A stretch of 64,000 nt of DNA from Octopus vulgaris (GCA_951406725.2 OX597823.1:88412001-88476000); one strand, 5' to 3'; positions 31,232 through 45,720 are shown, numbered from the stretch's first letter. Numbers and translations: made by a program. The notes: a model not told the origin generated them from the letters alone.

Positions 31232-31272
<41 letters not shown>

Positions 31273-31355
31273 GGTCCCGGGTTGATTCGGGGCTAACCAC
31301 AGTAAATAAGGTACTCAATACATAGTAGAGTAAAATTAATTTATTATATAGAAGG

Positions 31356-31406
31356 AGCTTCTACAGGACTAGAACTGTTTCATTCAAGAGAAATCTTCAG
31401 GAAGCT
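31356..31406 (-). ncRNA. Type I hammerhead ribozyme (family a)
   Basis: Reverse complement of 38401-38451. Confidence 0.88.
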
Positions 31407-32001
31407 AGTTAACAAGAATTGTATTGGCATTTATACATTTAGGCAGGTTTAAAGGGGTGTTGGTGGGGGACTTTTTGGGGGTAGGCATAGCGCAAAATAT
31501 CATACTTGGGGGAGTGGTCAAGGAGTCAGTGTTAAATTAGATAGAAGAATAAATAAAAAATTTAAAAATATATAAAAAAATATATAAAAATATATATAAA
31601 AAAAGGGAATAGAGTTTTAGGTAAATAAGGAGATTCTCACTTATACCTATGCACATATGTATACATATATACACACACATACAAACATATATACATATAC
31701 ATACACACATACGTACACACACACATATACATATATATACACTTACACATACATATACATATCTACACATACACATATATGTATACATACACACACTCAC
31801 ATGCATACACGTATACACACATGTATATATACACACACGACCACACATACATATACACACAGAAAAGTATATATACACATACACACACATACTCACATAC
31901 ACGCATACACACACATATCCACACACACATATGCACACACAGCACACTAGTCCCTATATACACATATATACACATACACACACATATACACACACATACA
32001 T

Positions 32002-32049
<48 letters not shown>

Positions 32050-32513
32050 GTGTACCTATGCATACCTACACATACACACATATATATACACATACAAATA
32101 CAGACCCATTCCCTAATTTTAATTTTATTATCTTCATTTATTACTTTTGTTATCTTTGATCGCTGGTCACAAACATCTTGGCTATGACAGCCAGTCCATT
32201 TATCTGTCTACTGGAAAACAAGCACTCATTTACTCACGCACACTCTTTAGCACGTACACTCACTCATTCGTACACTCATACACATACACGCACGCACGCG
32301 TTATATTCATACATACATACATCTACATACATTCACGTATATACACATACGTACGCGTACCTACAGATTCATGTCTACACTCTTAGAAGGCTAGTCTATA
32401 CATATACACCAATGAATATAAATACACACACATACATATACACCTACATACAAATACATACATGTATATATATATATATACATATACATACATATTCACA
32501 TATATATACACAC

Positions 32514-32550
<37 letters not shown>

Positions 32551-32900
32551 CATACATATACACATTTACATATATATATATACATATACACACACATACA
32601 CATACATACATATACACACATACACATACATACGTATACATACATACATACATCCATACATACATACATTTATACACATACACACACCCACACGTATACA
32701 TATACGTACATATATATACGCACATGCATACACATACAAATACATACACATACGCATATACATATACATACATACACATACACACACACGTGCCTCCTTA
32801 TATTCATACTTACATGCATACTCAAAAAATAAATAATAAATATTAAGTATATGTACGTGCAGTTACCTATTATATAGCCGGATACATACAATATAAACTT

Positions 32901-32957
<57 letters not shown>

Positions 32958-33180
32958 TATACATATACATATATACACATATATATACACACACATATAC
33001 ACATATATATATATATATACATACTTACACACATGTACAAATACATACACACATAGATAACTCTACGTACCTACATATACATAAACACACGAGCGTACAC
33101 GTATATGTACATATACACATACACATACACACGCATATATATACATACATACATACACATACACACATATATACACACAC

Positions 33181-33233
<53 letters not shown>

Positions 33234-33480
33234 TACATATACACACACATATACATGTGTGCAAACATACATACATACTCATACACGCACACACACTTAC
33301 ATATACATATATACACACACTTACACACATATATATACATACACATATACATACATACATACATACATATATGCATACATACACACACACATATATATAT
33401 ATACATACATACACATACACATACCTATACATATATATACACACATATATACACATGCACATACTTATATCTCTACATAC

Positions 33481-35154
33481 TCGCATATTGCCACCTCCCT
33501 TAAAATCGATGACCGAACTGAACCCCTGAGGGTGAAGTCCCCACACTTCACCCTGAAAGACCACAAAGACCATTTCGAAAATAAACCGTCGGTCCGTTTG
33601 ATTAACCCAACCAAGTCTGACATCGGATCCGTCAGCAAGAAGATCCTGGACAGGATTTTACCAAAAATGCGTGAAGCTTCACCCCTTCCACTCTGGAATA
33701 GGACCTCCGAGGCAATAACCTGGTTCCCGGATTTACCTGACAAAAGCAACACCCGATTCCTACAACTGGATATCGAGGATTACTACGCCTCCATATCGGA
33801 GAGCTTGCTGATCGACGCGATTAACTTCGCCAGGAGGTCCTCCACCATCACCGAGGCCGAGCAAGAAGTGATCCTCCACGCACGTAAGACTTTTCTTTTC
33901 TATGACGGATCCCACTGGATCAACAAAAAATCTGTGACCCCCTTCGACGTCAGCATGGGTGCTAACGACTCTGCTGAAATAAGTGACCTAGTGGGCCTTT
34001 TCATCCTCCATAGGCTGAAAACCCTATTCACAGGCCTCTCCGGTGGTCTTTACCGCGATGACGGCCTTTTCGCCCTCCACAAAATAAACCCCAGGACCAC
34101 GGATGGGTTCCGGAAAAATCTTTACACCTTCTTTAAAAACTTAGGCCTTAGGATTACCTTAGAACCCAACTTAACAAAAGCTAACTTCCTTGATATCACC
34201 CTCGACTTAAAAACCTCACTTTATTACCCGTACGACAAACCAAATGAATCCCTTAGATATATAGATATTAATTCAAACCACCCCAAAAATATATTAGATA
34301 ACCTAATAAAAAGTGTCTCAATTAGAATTTCTAGCCTGTCCGCCACGGAAGATATCTTTAAGGCCGCAGCCCCCTATTACAACGAGGCCCTGGCCCGCAG
34401 TGGCTTTAAAGATAAGATTACCTATACTAGTATAGCCCCACGCCAACCCAGGAAAAATAGACGAAGACACATTAGCTGGTACACCCCCCCCTTCAACCGT
34501 GAGGTCGCTACACCTGTAGCTAAAATCTTCTTCACTCTCCTACAGAAACACTTCCCCACCCAACATAAGTACTACACTATCCTAAATAAGAACACTATTA
34601 GACTCTCCTACTCTACCACGCCCAATCTAGCCAGGAACCTAGCCAACAACAATGTGAAAAAACTTAACATATCTACTTTTTCCGAGGCCCATCCAACGTC
34701 CGATAGCAATTGCAACTGCCCTGATAAAACCACCTGCCCCCTCAACAACAACTGCCTACAGAGGGACCTAGTATATACATGCGAGGTAAGATCAGGCCCT
34801 GACGATAAAAGAAAATCCTACATCGGAATGACGTCAAACAGCTTTAAGACCCGTTGGTACGCACACACACACTCGTTCCGGCGACAGGATAAATCCAACC
34901 AAACTACCCTCGCCGCCCACATCTGGTACCTTAAAAGGAACTCCATCCCCTTCAAGACCAAGTGGAAACTACTACGGAAGGCGCGCTCGTACACAGGAGG
35001 CCATACCTGCTGTGACCTCTGCATATCGGAGAGCCTAGAGATCTTGTTCGCCAAAGGCCCTCTCCTTAACAAAATCTCAGAACACTCCCCAAATTGCATG
35101 CATAAGAAGTATGCGAACTACAAGAACTATAGACCTACCCGGCAACCAGATTGA
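33481..35154 (+). CDS. Penelope-like retroelement RT plus GIY-YIG ORF, 5'-truncated (ORF-track start 33259 is inverted microsatellite)
   Basis: TLKDHK..RLINPTKS, LDIEDYYASI, FDVSMGANDSAE, LYRDDG, NFLDITLDL, CNC..CPLNNNCL, LVYTC..YIGMT..FKTRW..H, CDLCISE..LLNK; no internal stops. Confidence 0.92.
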   Translation, partial: SHIATSLKIDDRTEPLRVKSPHFTLKDHKDHFENKPSVRLINPTKSDIGSVSKKILDRILPKMREASPLPLWNRTSEAITWFPDLPDKSNTRFLQLDIEDYYASISESLLIDAINFARRSSTITEAEQEVILHARKTFLFYDGSHWINKKSVTPFDVSMGANDSAEISDLVGLFILHRLKTLFTGLSGGLYRDDGLFALHKINPRTTDGFRKNLYTFFKNLGLRITLEPNLTKANFLDITLDLKTSLYYPYDKPNESLRYIDINSNHPKNILDNLIKSVSIRISSLSATEDIFKAAAPYYNEALARSGFKDKITYTSIAPRQPRKNRRRHISWYTPPFNREVATPVAKIFFTLLQKHFPTQHKYYTILNKNTIRLSYSTTPNLARNLANNNVKKLNISTFSEAHPTSDSNCNCPDKTTCPLNNNCLQRDLVYTCEVRSGPDDKRKSYIGMTSNSFKTRWYAHTHSFRRQDKSNQTTLAAHIWYLKRNSIPFKTKWKLLRKARSYTGGHTCCDLCISESLEILFAKGPLLNKISEHSPNCMHKKYANYKNYRPTRQPD

Positions 35155-35343
35155 TGACACCCCACCCACAAACCCCCCCCAATCCCACCGTTCCCCTAAC
35201 ACCCCCGATTACCTTTTCTCCTAAGACCTTTCAAATCTTGTATGTGCACGCTTGTATATGTGTATCGTATATATGTATAGAAATGTATGGGTATAGTAGG
35301 AATAGACGCATGTATTATGTGTGTGTGTGTGTATGTATGTAAA

Positions 35344-35374
<31 letters not shown>

Positions 35375-35771
35375 GCGTGTGTGTGTGTGTGTATATATGT
35401 ATATATGTATATATGTATATGTGTATATATGTGTGTATGCATATGTATGTGTATATGTATGTGTGTATGTATGTGTATGTATGTATAAAATATTATATAA
35501 TTAGGGCTTAGTAAAATAAATTACTTTGCCACACACTGAACTTTCTAGAAATAGCAGCCAAAACAGTTTTTTAGCCTCTTCCACTACTTAGAGAATATTT
35601 TCCCTCAGACATTATTTACTCAAAAAAATAATGGTCCTTTTACATACTGAATACTTGGTGAAATTGATTAATAACTAATTAACTTTACCCTCAATTGTTG
35701 ATATATGTATGTGTGTGTAAATATGTGTATGTATATGTATATGTACATGTATGTGTGTATGTATGTATATG

Positions 35772-35808
<37 letters not shown>

Positions 35809-36059
35809 GTATACATATATATATATGTATGTGTGTGTATATGTGTATTATGTATATATTTATAAATATATATATATATATGTATATGTATGTGTGTGTG
35901 TATATGTATATATGTGTATATATATGAGTGTACGCGAGTATGTCGATGTATATGTAGGTATGTAGAGTTATGTGTATGTGCATGTATGTGAGTGTAGATA
36001 CAAATTGTAGATGCGTATATATATGTGTGTGTATATATACATGTATATAGGTATATGTA

Positions 36060-36116
<57 letters not shown>

Positions 36117-36357
36117 GCGAGTATGTAGAGATATAAGTATGTGCATGTGTATATATGTGTGTATATATATGTATAGGTATGTGTATGTGTATGTATGTAT
36201 ATATATATATGTGTGTGTGTATGTATGCATATATGTATGTATGTATGTATGTATGTATATGTGTATGTATATATATATGTGTGTAAGTGTGTGTATATAT
36301 GTATATGTAAGTGTGTGTGCGTGTATGAGTATGTATGTATGTTTGCACACATGTATA

Positions 36358-36440
<83 letters not shown>

Positions 36441-36661
36441 GTGTGTATGTGTATGTATGTATGTATATATATGCGTGTGTATGTGTATGTGTATATGTAC
36501 ATATACGTGTACGCTCGTGTGTTTATGTATATGTAGGTACGTAGAGTTATCTATGTGTGTATGTGTTTGTACATGTGTGTAAGTATGTATATATATATAT
36601 ATATGTGTATATGTGTGTGTATATATATGTGTATATATGTATATGTATATATATGTGTGTA

Positions 36662-36714
<53 letters not shown>

Positions 36715-36965
36715 AAGTTTATATGTATGTATCCGTCTATATAATAGGTAACTGCACGTACATATACTTAATATTTATTATTATGTTTTGAGTATGCATG
36801 TATGAATAACTGCGCGTATATATATTTTATTATTTACTTATTTTTTGAGTATGCATGTAAGTATGAATATAAGGAGGCACGTGTGTGTGTGTGTATGTGT
36901 ATATGAGTATGTATGTATGTGTGTGCGTATATTTGTATATGTATGTATGTATATGTATGTGTGTG

Positions 36966-37016
<51 letters not shown>

Positions 37017-37755
37017 ATGTGTATGTATGTATATGTATATGCGTATGTGTATGTATTTGTATGTGTATGCATGCGCGTATATATATGTACGTATATGTAT
37101 ACGTGTGGGTGTGTGTATGTGTATAAATGTATGTATGTATGGATGTATGTATGTATGTATGTATGTATACGTATGTATGTGTATGTGTGTATATGTATGT
37201 ATGTGTATGTGTGTGTATATGTATATATATATATATATGTATATGTGTATATGTATGTATGTGTATATATATATATATATGTATATATATATGTATGTAT
37301 ATATATGTGAATATGTATGTACATGTATATATATATATATACATGTATGTATTTGTATGTAGGTGTATATGTATGTGTGTGTATTTATATTTATTGGTGT
37401 ATATGTATAGACTAGCCTTCTAAGAGTGTAGACATGAATCTGTAGGTACGCGTACGTATGTGTATATACGTGAATGTATGTAGATGTATGTATGTATGAA
37501 TATAACGCGTGCGTGCGTGTATGTGTATGAGTGTACGAATGAGTGAGTGTACGTGCTAAAGAGTGTGCGTGAGTAAATGAGTGCTTGTTTTCCAGTAGAC
37601 AGATAAATGGACTGGCTGTCATAGCCAAGATTTTTGTGACCAGCGATCAAAGATAACAAAAGTAATAAATGAAGATAATAAAATTAAAATTAGGGAATGG
37701 GTCTGTATTTTATGTGTATATATATGTGTGTATGTGTAGGTATGCATAGGTACAC

Positions 37756-37799
<44 letters not shown>

Positions 37800-38400
37800 A
37801 TGTATGTGTGTGTATATGTGTGTGTATGTGTATATATGTGTATATAGGGACTAGTGTGCTGTGTGTGCATATGTGTGTGTGGATATGTGTGTGTATGCGT
37901 GTATGTGAGTATGTGTGTGTATGTGTATATATATTTTTCTGTGTGTATATGTATGTGTGGTCGTGTGTGTATATATACATGTGTGTATACGTGTATGCAT
38001 GTGAGTGTGTGTATGTATACATATATGTGTATGTGTAGATGTGTATATGTATGTGTAAGTGTATATATATGTATATATATGTGTGTGTACGTATGTGTGT
38101 ATGTATATGTATATATGTTTGTATGTGTGTGTATATATGTATACATATGTGCATAGGTATAAGTGAGAATCTCCTTATTTACCTAAAACTCTATTCCCTT
38201 TTTTTATATATATTTTTATATATTTTTTTATATATATATTTTTTTTTTTTTTTTTTTTTTTTCTATCTAATTTAACACTGACTCCTTGACCACTCCCCCA
38301 AGTATGATATTTTGCGCTATGCCTACCCCCAAAAAGTCCCCCACCAACACCCCATTAAACCTGCCTAAATGTATAAATGCCAATACAATTCTTGTTAACT

Positions 38401-38451
38401 AGCTTCCTGAAGATTTCTCTTGAATGAAACAGTTCTAGTCCTGTAGAAGCT
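38401..38451 (+). ncRNA. Type I hammerhead ribozyme (family a) at the PLE 3' end
   Basis: agcttc-CTGAAGA-t-ttc-tctt-gaa-t-GAAA-cag-ttctagtc-ctg-TA-gaagct; GUA triplet, predicted cut after 38445. Confidence 0.9.
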
Positions 38452-39367
38452 CCTTCTATATAATAAATATATATATATATATATATATGCAGGTATGTAC
38501 ATGCATAATATAGATGCAGATATGTACATGTATATATATATATGCAGGTGTGTGCATGTAGAAACTCCTTACTAAATATAAAGATGTCTGTGTGTGTGTG
38601 TGTGTATTATATATGTATACCAATTCTTAGATATATGTACGTACATTACTTAAAGCAACGCATTTTACTTCACAGGAAAGATAGCTTCTTTCTAAATTTT
38701 GCTACAAGGTACTGTTATATGATTTTCTACGATAAAATGGTGAATAACTATTTTCAACTATCATGAAAATATATGTTCTTTGAACTAGAAATAGTTTTAA
38801 CATAAGAAGAATCGGAAGCCATATGCTTCACAGAAACACTTTGATACTACAGATGCATGATAAAAATCAATTCATGGGTACGAGGTTAATTCCGATACAA
38901 CTGATGTCCCTTGTACGATCCTACCAAATCCTTAGTCCCTTGTGACTTCTACCATTTACAGATCATTTTGTGAATATTATCTAGTCTTTACAATATAAGA
39001 TGAATAGGTTGTAGAGTTGAAATAAACGTAAAGGAAATGGAAAGCCTAAATCCGTAGAGGAGAGACTTATCTTGCCAAACGAAAGGTGACATACAGAAAA
39101 ATGTGCAGCACGTTTATTGTGATCCACTGTTGTGGAAATCGTAAACGTTTCGAATAGAATTTCATATCACAAATATATGGGAGACTAAGCATGGGTGCTT
39201 ATGTTTGTGTGAATGTATATATGAATAAGGAAGCATAAATGTGTTTATGTATTTTTGTCTGTGTGTCTGCATGTCACCGCATGTGCATGTATAGATTATT
39301 ATATACATATAAGAATATATAAGCATATGTCTATGTTTGCGTGCGTCTAAGCGTGTGTTTGTGTATG

Positions 39368-39398
<31 letters not shown>

Positions 39399-39403
39399 AC
39401 ATC

Positions 39404-39508
39404 TGTAGTAGTAGTAGTAGTAGTAGTAGTAATATCATCAGCAGAGGCAGTAGTAGTAGTAGTAGTAGTAGTAGCAGCAGCAGCAGCAGCAGAGGCAGTA
39501 GTAGTAGT
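39404..39508. repeat. (TAG)n/(CAG)n trinucleotide repeat
   Basis: Directly visible. Confidence 0.9.
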
Positions 39509-39532
39509 ATACACACGGAGGCATACACACAC

Positions 39533-39563
<31 letters not shown>

Positions 39564-40986
39564 TCATGTATAACATTATGCGTATATATATGTGTGTATG
39601 CTATGCGTGTATACTATGTGTGTATATGTATGTATACATGTATGTATGTGTGTGTGTGTACGTGTGTACTTATATGTGTGTGTTTGTATAATAAGACACT
39701 GTGTTGTTTTCTTCTACTTTCTTCTATTACCAAGTGTCTCGTTCCCACTATTCAGTAAACATTGTCTCCTCCACATTGAGTATGCAGTTGAAATAAGACA
39801 GCAGAACGCAAGACTGCTGGAAACATGCATGACATCACGTAGGAGATTTATAACTTCATTATCAATATTGCTTGACTGCGCTGTTTAGTTTATCGGTTTC
39901 ACTAGAATACCTACGAATCGAGTGGAGACGTTGATGAAATTATGTGATTTTGTTTGCGAATTTTTTGTATGATTTAGAATTCTTAATATCAGAATGTTTT
40001 AAGGTGTGAAGTGTACATTGCTAGAAAAACATAATACAAAATATAGTTATATTTATCCTTATTTTTATGGTTTATATATTTCTCATGAAATAATTTCATC
40101 GATGGGATATGGAATTCAGCCGTGCTGACACTCTGCATTACACTTCTCTGTATTGGATTACTATGTGGACTATTAGCTGAGTCCGTTAGAAAAATTTTCT
40201 GGGATAACCCGATTCTTTGAATCCGTATCTCATACTATAAAGTTATATTTATTCACGTTGATATTATATAGAAGCTATTGTTTAAAAGAAAATCTAAATA
40301 CTGCAAATTAGTTACTCAGATGAATGCGGCTTGCTATACAATGCCTGATTAAGACATATCTTACACAAGAACATGTAGATTTCTAATGTTAATATGAAAA
40401 GCTGTTCACACTTTCAAATCTCAAATCACAGTTATGACATATTCTGAAAAATGTGTTTTCATGTAAGATACAAATACTGCTTTTAAATATTTTTTTATTA
40501 GGTCAACTTGCAAATGGTTAATCTCGTAACATTGTCATCATACGAGAGCAACAGCTTGAAGGGTTTTAATCGATCATAACATATAAAATTTCACTGTCAC
40601 CTTTGCTGCTCTAATATATGTATGAATAAGGCACATTTGTCAGTATACGAACTAAGGAGATATTTTGATCAAATAACTAAGAAATATTTTGAAGTGTTAT
40701 TTTTGCATCAAATATTATTGTTTGTTTGGAGGAACCCAATTATCTAAATTTTAATTGTTAATAAATAAGAAAATAAAGCATTCGAGGTGGAACACTTTAA
40801 CGTAAACATATTATCTGCAGTCTATTACTAAATTTATCGGCCTCTAGTTTTAAAACACAATTTTTCGGTGTATATATATCATCGTAGTTATTTTAAGAGG
40901 GCTAAGGTTAAAACGAATCAGGGAAACTAGATAAATACATACGTATATGTGTATAATTGCGTGCGACTGTGTGTCTGTGTGTGCGT

Positions 40987-41025
<39 letters not shown>

Positions 41026-42363
41026 CTATAAAGTATGACCCGGAAGATGCGATAATTTACTGAATGTTCTACATTCCACTGCCATGATCAGCGAAGTTAC
41101 AGAACACCCATCATAAATCCAACTTCTTGAAACTAATGAACTCAGGAAACGTAACCAGTGTAGTACTGATGAAGCGTGTGAACTATATTATGTATAGTAG
41201 GACTTACATAACAACAACAGTCAGCTTACTGAAGCACGTGCTCATAACATTAAACATAAAATGCTAGTTACTCATTTATGTGCTCATTGGTTTATACATA
41301 TATAATACCAAACCACAATAACATGAACATTTTATCTGCTACCACATCATAAGTACTTTAAAATATTTACATATATTTCTCTTTCTGATCTTTTTTTCCT
41401 CTAGAAACTTTAAGAAAATACATTGGAACATTTTTTGGCAATTTCAATAAAAGTCTATCAAAATTTTATTCGTTTAGTTATTTTGTTTTGCTTTCTTTTG
41501 TCAGTATGTGTTAATTTCTGAAGCAATTTCATTGACTGTCATTATAGAATAATAACTTCTAGTTAGAAATATATTAATTTGTCAACTTTGTTTAGTTACT
41601 GGCATTTTCTATCATTGAAAGAAGATCGACGCTGATGCTGACGACTAAAATTGAATTTTCTATTTATCCAATTATTTATTATTTCAAAGTAAAAGAAAGC
41701 GTGAAAACAGAAGGAACATTTTTTGACAGCGAATAGATTAATGCGTTCATATCATAAATTGCATAAACGTAACTTGTAAAATATTATATCATAAGTTTTA
41801 CAAAATATAATTAGACGCGATGTTTTGTTAATTTAATTATCTGCAAATGAAACAGCTATACATTTTGAAGAATGATTAAACAACTAACAAATATTTTAGA
41901 AAACAGTTTCGTATTTTCTCAACGACTTTACATTTTCCTCCTTGGAAGATTCTGATAACAATAAACATTTACTTTTAGTAAATAAGCAAAACAAAGCCGA
42001 TTATTATATACAGTAGTTCTTCAAATGCTTCTATTAGAAGAGTTTTCTGAAATTAGTCATACTTTATAGTGCACACGCAGACACACAGACACAAACACAT
42101 ACAAACACACTCAAACAACCACATATATATAGAGAGGGAGAGAAATAGATAGATAGATAGATATATTTCACTATATAATAAGAGCTTGACAAAGCGCTTC
42201 CTTACTCTGAACATTTGATGAAATAGACATGTCCTACCTATCCGCCTGGTGGGCATGGACCTAACGCAGACTGTTATAAAATACATGAAACTCCAAGAAA
42301 TTGTACATTTTGAGTGTTATTTTCTATCCTTAGTTTACTAATGTGTATACATACATATGTATG

Positions 42364-42413
<50 letters not shown>

Positions 42414-43940
42414 CTTTTAGTTAGCACTAAATGCATCCTTTTCAATGTGAAATATTTGGTGTTTACATGGTGCGATATTTCGTACCCTGTACACGTCAAC
42501 AATTTCCTTCCAGCTTAAATAAATATATGTTATATACTATACATTCATGCATTGCTAGGTGGCCTGCTCGGTACTACTAGACGTAAAGTATCATTTATAT
42601 ATTTCAAATGACATTAAAAAGGCAAAACGATTAGAATATATGTCCATAGAAACAATGGGACTGTCACACCCAGAACTTTTTTGATGATAGAACCAGTCGA
42701 ACTTTGTTGATCTGTGTCCATATATTATCAGTAACACCCTACACCACAAGAATTCCACTGCAATTAATTGGAACAATGCGGATATCCCTGATAGGCACTT
42801 CGCATATACACTCATATTTTTATGTTATTATATTCATCATGATGTATTACACTTGATATCCGTATAAGTTCTCCATCGACAGAGAGGATTTTTTTTTATT
42901 ATTATCATTAGAAACTTATTGATTTTAGTGATTATAAATATCGAGCATTTTCTGCAAATTTAGCTGATTTTATAACGAGACCACCCAACAATGAGGAATG
43001 TTATCCAATAAGTAGGTATAATAATATTACTAAATCTAAAACAATACTGAAAATACAGAGAATAAAAGTTAACCTCGTTTACAGTAATTGTAGATAGATG
43101 TCTTTGTTTATCGTTTCCTAATGTGGATCTCTAGAATTATATCATTCAGTAAGAAAAGTAAGGATAATATGTGTCCCTGATATTCGAATAAACCACGTCT
43201 GAAGACTAAACTATTAAGATTCGAGTGTGCCATATACTGTGCCACATTTATAATGTTTTCCTCTCACGTCATCCTATTACTTGGGTTAATTTTATAGATT
43301 AAAATAAAATTTTCTTTCTTGCGCAGTATGAAAGAGAATTTTCGAATGAGATATGTCAATCACCTGAAGCAATTCCACGCATATAGTTATATGAAATATT
43401 CGATATATAACAGCCTTAAGCTAATTTTCTTCAAATTTCGTGCATTTTAATATAATTTCATGAATATTTCCAATACAATTCTTCTGAAACCAATGATTTT
43501 TGCCCCAAGATGATATTCTCTAAAAATAGCCCAACGCAAGCATTTCTATTGCAAGACGTTTTAGTGTTTCGATTGGTAACGTAACACTACAGGGAGATTT
43601 TAAGAAATTACATGGTTTTATTATGGCAGCTATGGTCAATTAATCGTTACAAAATATTTTAGATATCTAATATAACACACAACAGTGTTGAGTAATATAT
43701 GTTTTAAATTATGATGCAATATTGAACGACTTCGCCATTTCATAAACGGCAGCATATGCGCGTAAGGAAGTATAGCCTGGCATTAGCGTCTGAATTATTA
43801 TGCCACATTATATTATGTTACTGAAATTATCCTAATATTGTCATTCTCAGACAGACACGGATACACATGTATACATACAACTCTCTCTGAGTGCTTGCGC
43901 CCCCGCATGTGTGTATGATTTTGCACGTGTCCCTGCGTGT

Positions 43941-44004
<64 letters not shown>

Positions 44005-44531
44005 TTTGCGGGTATTTTTTCTCATTATATGTAGGAGCTTGATGTAAGTGATTTATCTGAGTATGTCTCAAATACTCTTATTCGCTTCGGCTTTAAAAGC
44101 TGAAACTATTAAACCTGGTTAACGTATTTATAGCGCATCTCTCCTTTATGTAGATTGACTATTAATGCAATTATTATTCCTATCAAGCTAACATACTATT
44201 GTCTTCATCGCAGCATTCTACTACAGATAATTTATTCCCTTAAATCTCTTTCTTCTCTATGTATTTGGTTCAAGTTTATGTTCCAGACACTGAGCCGGAA
44301 ATCGCTGTCAGTATCTACCAATTCTTCCCAAGAGGATGACTATGATAGTCTGGCGATAAGAATTAATCAATACACTTAGTCAGTACAGTTTTTATAGTGT
44401 AGTCCGTATGACTTGTAGTTACACAAAGATTAAGAAACTTAGATTTCATAGCAGAAATCCACTATTCGTTTCTCTTTTTGAAAATAATGACGAATTTAAT
44501 AAAATAACTGTTTATATTAGACTGGTGCTTA

Positions 44532-44965
44532 GGGCAGCGAGCTAGCAGAAATGTTGACACGCCGGGTGAAATGATTAGCAGTATTTCGTCTGTCTTTACG
44601 TTCTGAGTTCAAATACCGCTGACATCGCCTTTGCCTTTCATCCTATCGCGGTCGATAAATTTAGTACCAGTTACGCACTGGGGTAGATGTGATCAACTTA
44701 ATCCAATTTATCTGTCTTTGTTTGTCCCCTCTATGTTTAGCTCCTTGTGGACAATAACGAAATAAGAAATGTTGCCATGCCGGACGAAATGCTTAGCGGC
44801 ATTCTGTGCGTCTTTACATTCTGACTTCAAATTTAAACCATATCCGACGTTGTCTTTCTTCCTTACGGGAACTATAAAATAAGATCAACGCGAGCACCGG
44901 GATCGAGAAAATCAACTGAACCCCTCCCCAAAATTTCAAGTCTTACCGCTATAGTAGAAAGGATT
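44532..44965 (+). mobile_element. SINE family A followed by a decayed related copy
   Basis: ggcagcgagctagcagaa..gagttcaaatacc..gtaccagttacgcactgggg; second copy from ~44766. Confidence 0.8.
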
Positions 44966-45512
44966 TTAAACTATTCAGAAAAGAAATTAACAGGAATTAT
45001 AATAGAAAGTTTGGTTTAATCCCGTTAAAACAAAACGTTTGTATACTAGTAGCAGGGGAGGTCACTGGTGATATCAAAATATTGCTGAGATTGTTTTATG
45101 AACACAGCTAAAAGACACAGAATGTTTGCAAGACACAGAATGTTATTTTCTTCTATTCTTGTCCCCTTTATACAGTATGCATACATGATATTCTTCAAAT
45201 AGATCCAGTAATATATTTTAATAATGTAGCTTCTAGAAATGTCAGTCAAATATTTCATAAGTCGTAATTCTTACCTTCTTACAAAGGACAACATTCTTTG
45301 TATGATGTCCTCTTAATGCTCTAATCAACATGAGATGCTCAGCTCTATCGAGTGTGTGACCAAAGGTCTGTCTCTTAAACGTGGGGATACAAAAACAACA
45401 ATAATCAGTATAGGGACGGAACAACTGTTGGTTTTACTAAGTGGTCGCTGCAACTCTTAGTTATGACAGACAAATCGCACTCACATCACGCATACTATCC
45501 TCTTAATAATCC

Positions 45513-45720
45513 TTTCTAAATTTTGGCACAGGGTCATCAAATTTAAAGGGTGGAGAAATCGATATTTTTTCAAATGGTATTTATTTTGATTACCCCGAAA
45601 ATGATAAAATAGAAAGTCAACCTCAGCAGCATTCGAACTCAGAACGTAGTGTTGAAAGAATTGTTATTAAACATTTTGTTCGCCAGAGTAACCACAAATT
45701 TGCAAGCTGTCCGTCTTGGC
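45513..45720 (-). mobile_element. Decayed SINE family A variant
   Basis: ttttggcaca..ccccgaaa..aaagtcaacctc..gaactcagaacgta. Confidence 0.55.

Larger units (their letters stand above)
30927..31234. mobile_element. Perfect 233 bp palindrome (inverted PLE pLTR pair) plus 75 bp unique tail, within (TA)n
   Basis: Arms 30927-31042 and 31044-31159 are exact reverse complements with a 1 nt spacer; each carries an HHR-like motif. Confidence 0.8.
31270..38468 (+). mobile_element. Penelope-like element with ~2.2 kb inverted duplication of its 3' UTR/pLTR, flanked by (TA)n
   Basis: 31340-33488 is the reverse complement of 36113-38468; ORF in between; HHR near each outer end; extra 70 bp tail at 31270-31339. 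Confidence 0.9.

Noticed and set aside
33259-33480. N-terminal 74 aa of the 631 aa ORF
   Set aside because: Lies in the inverted low-complexity arm; a chance in-frame extension, not PLE protein
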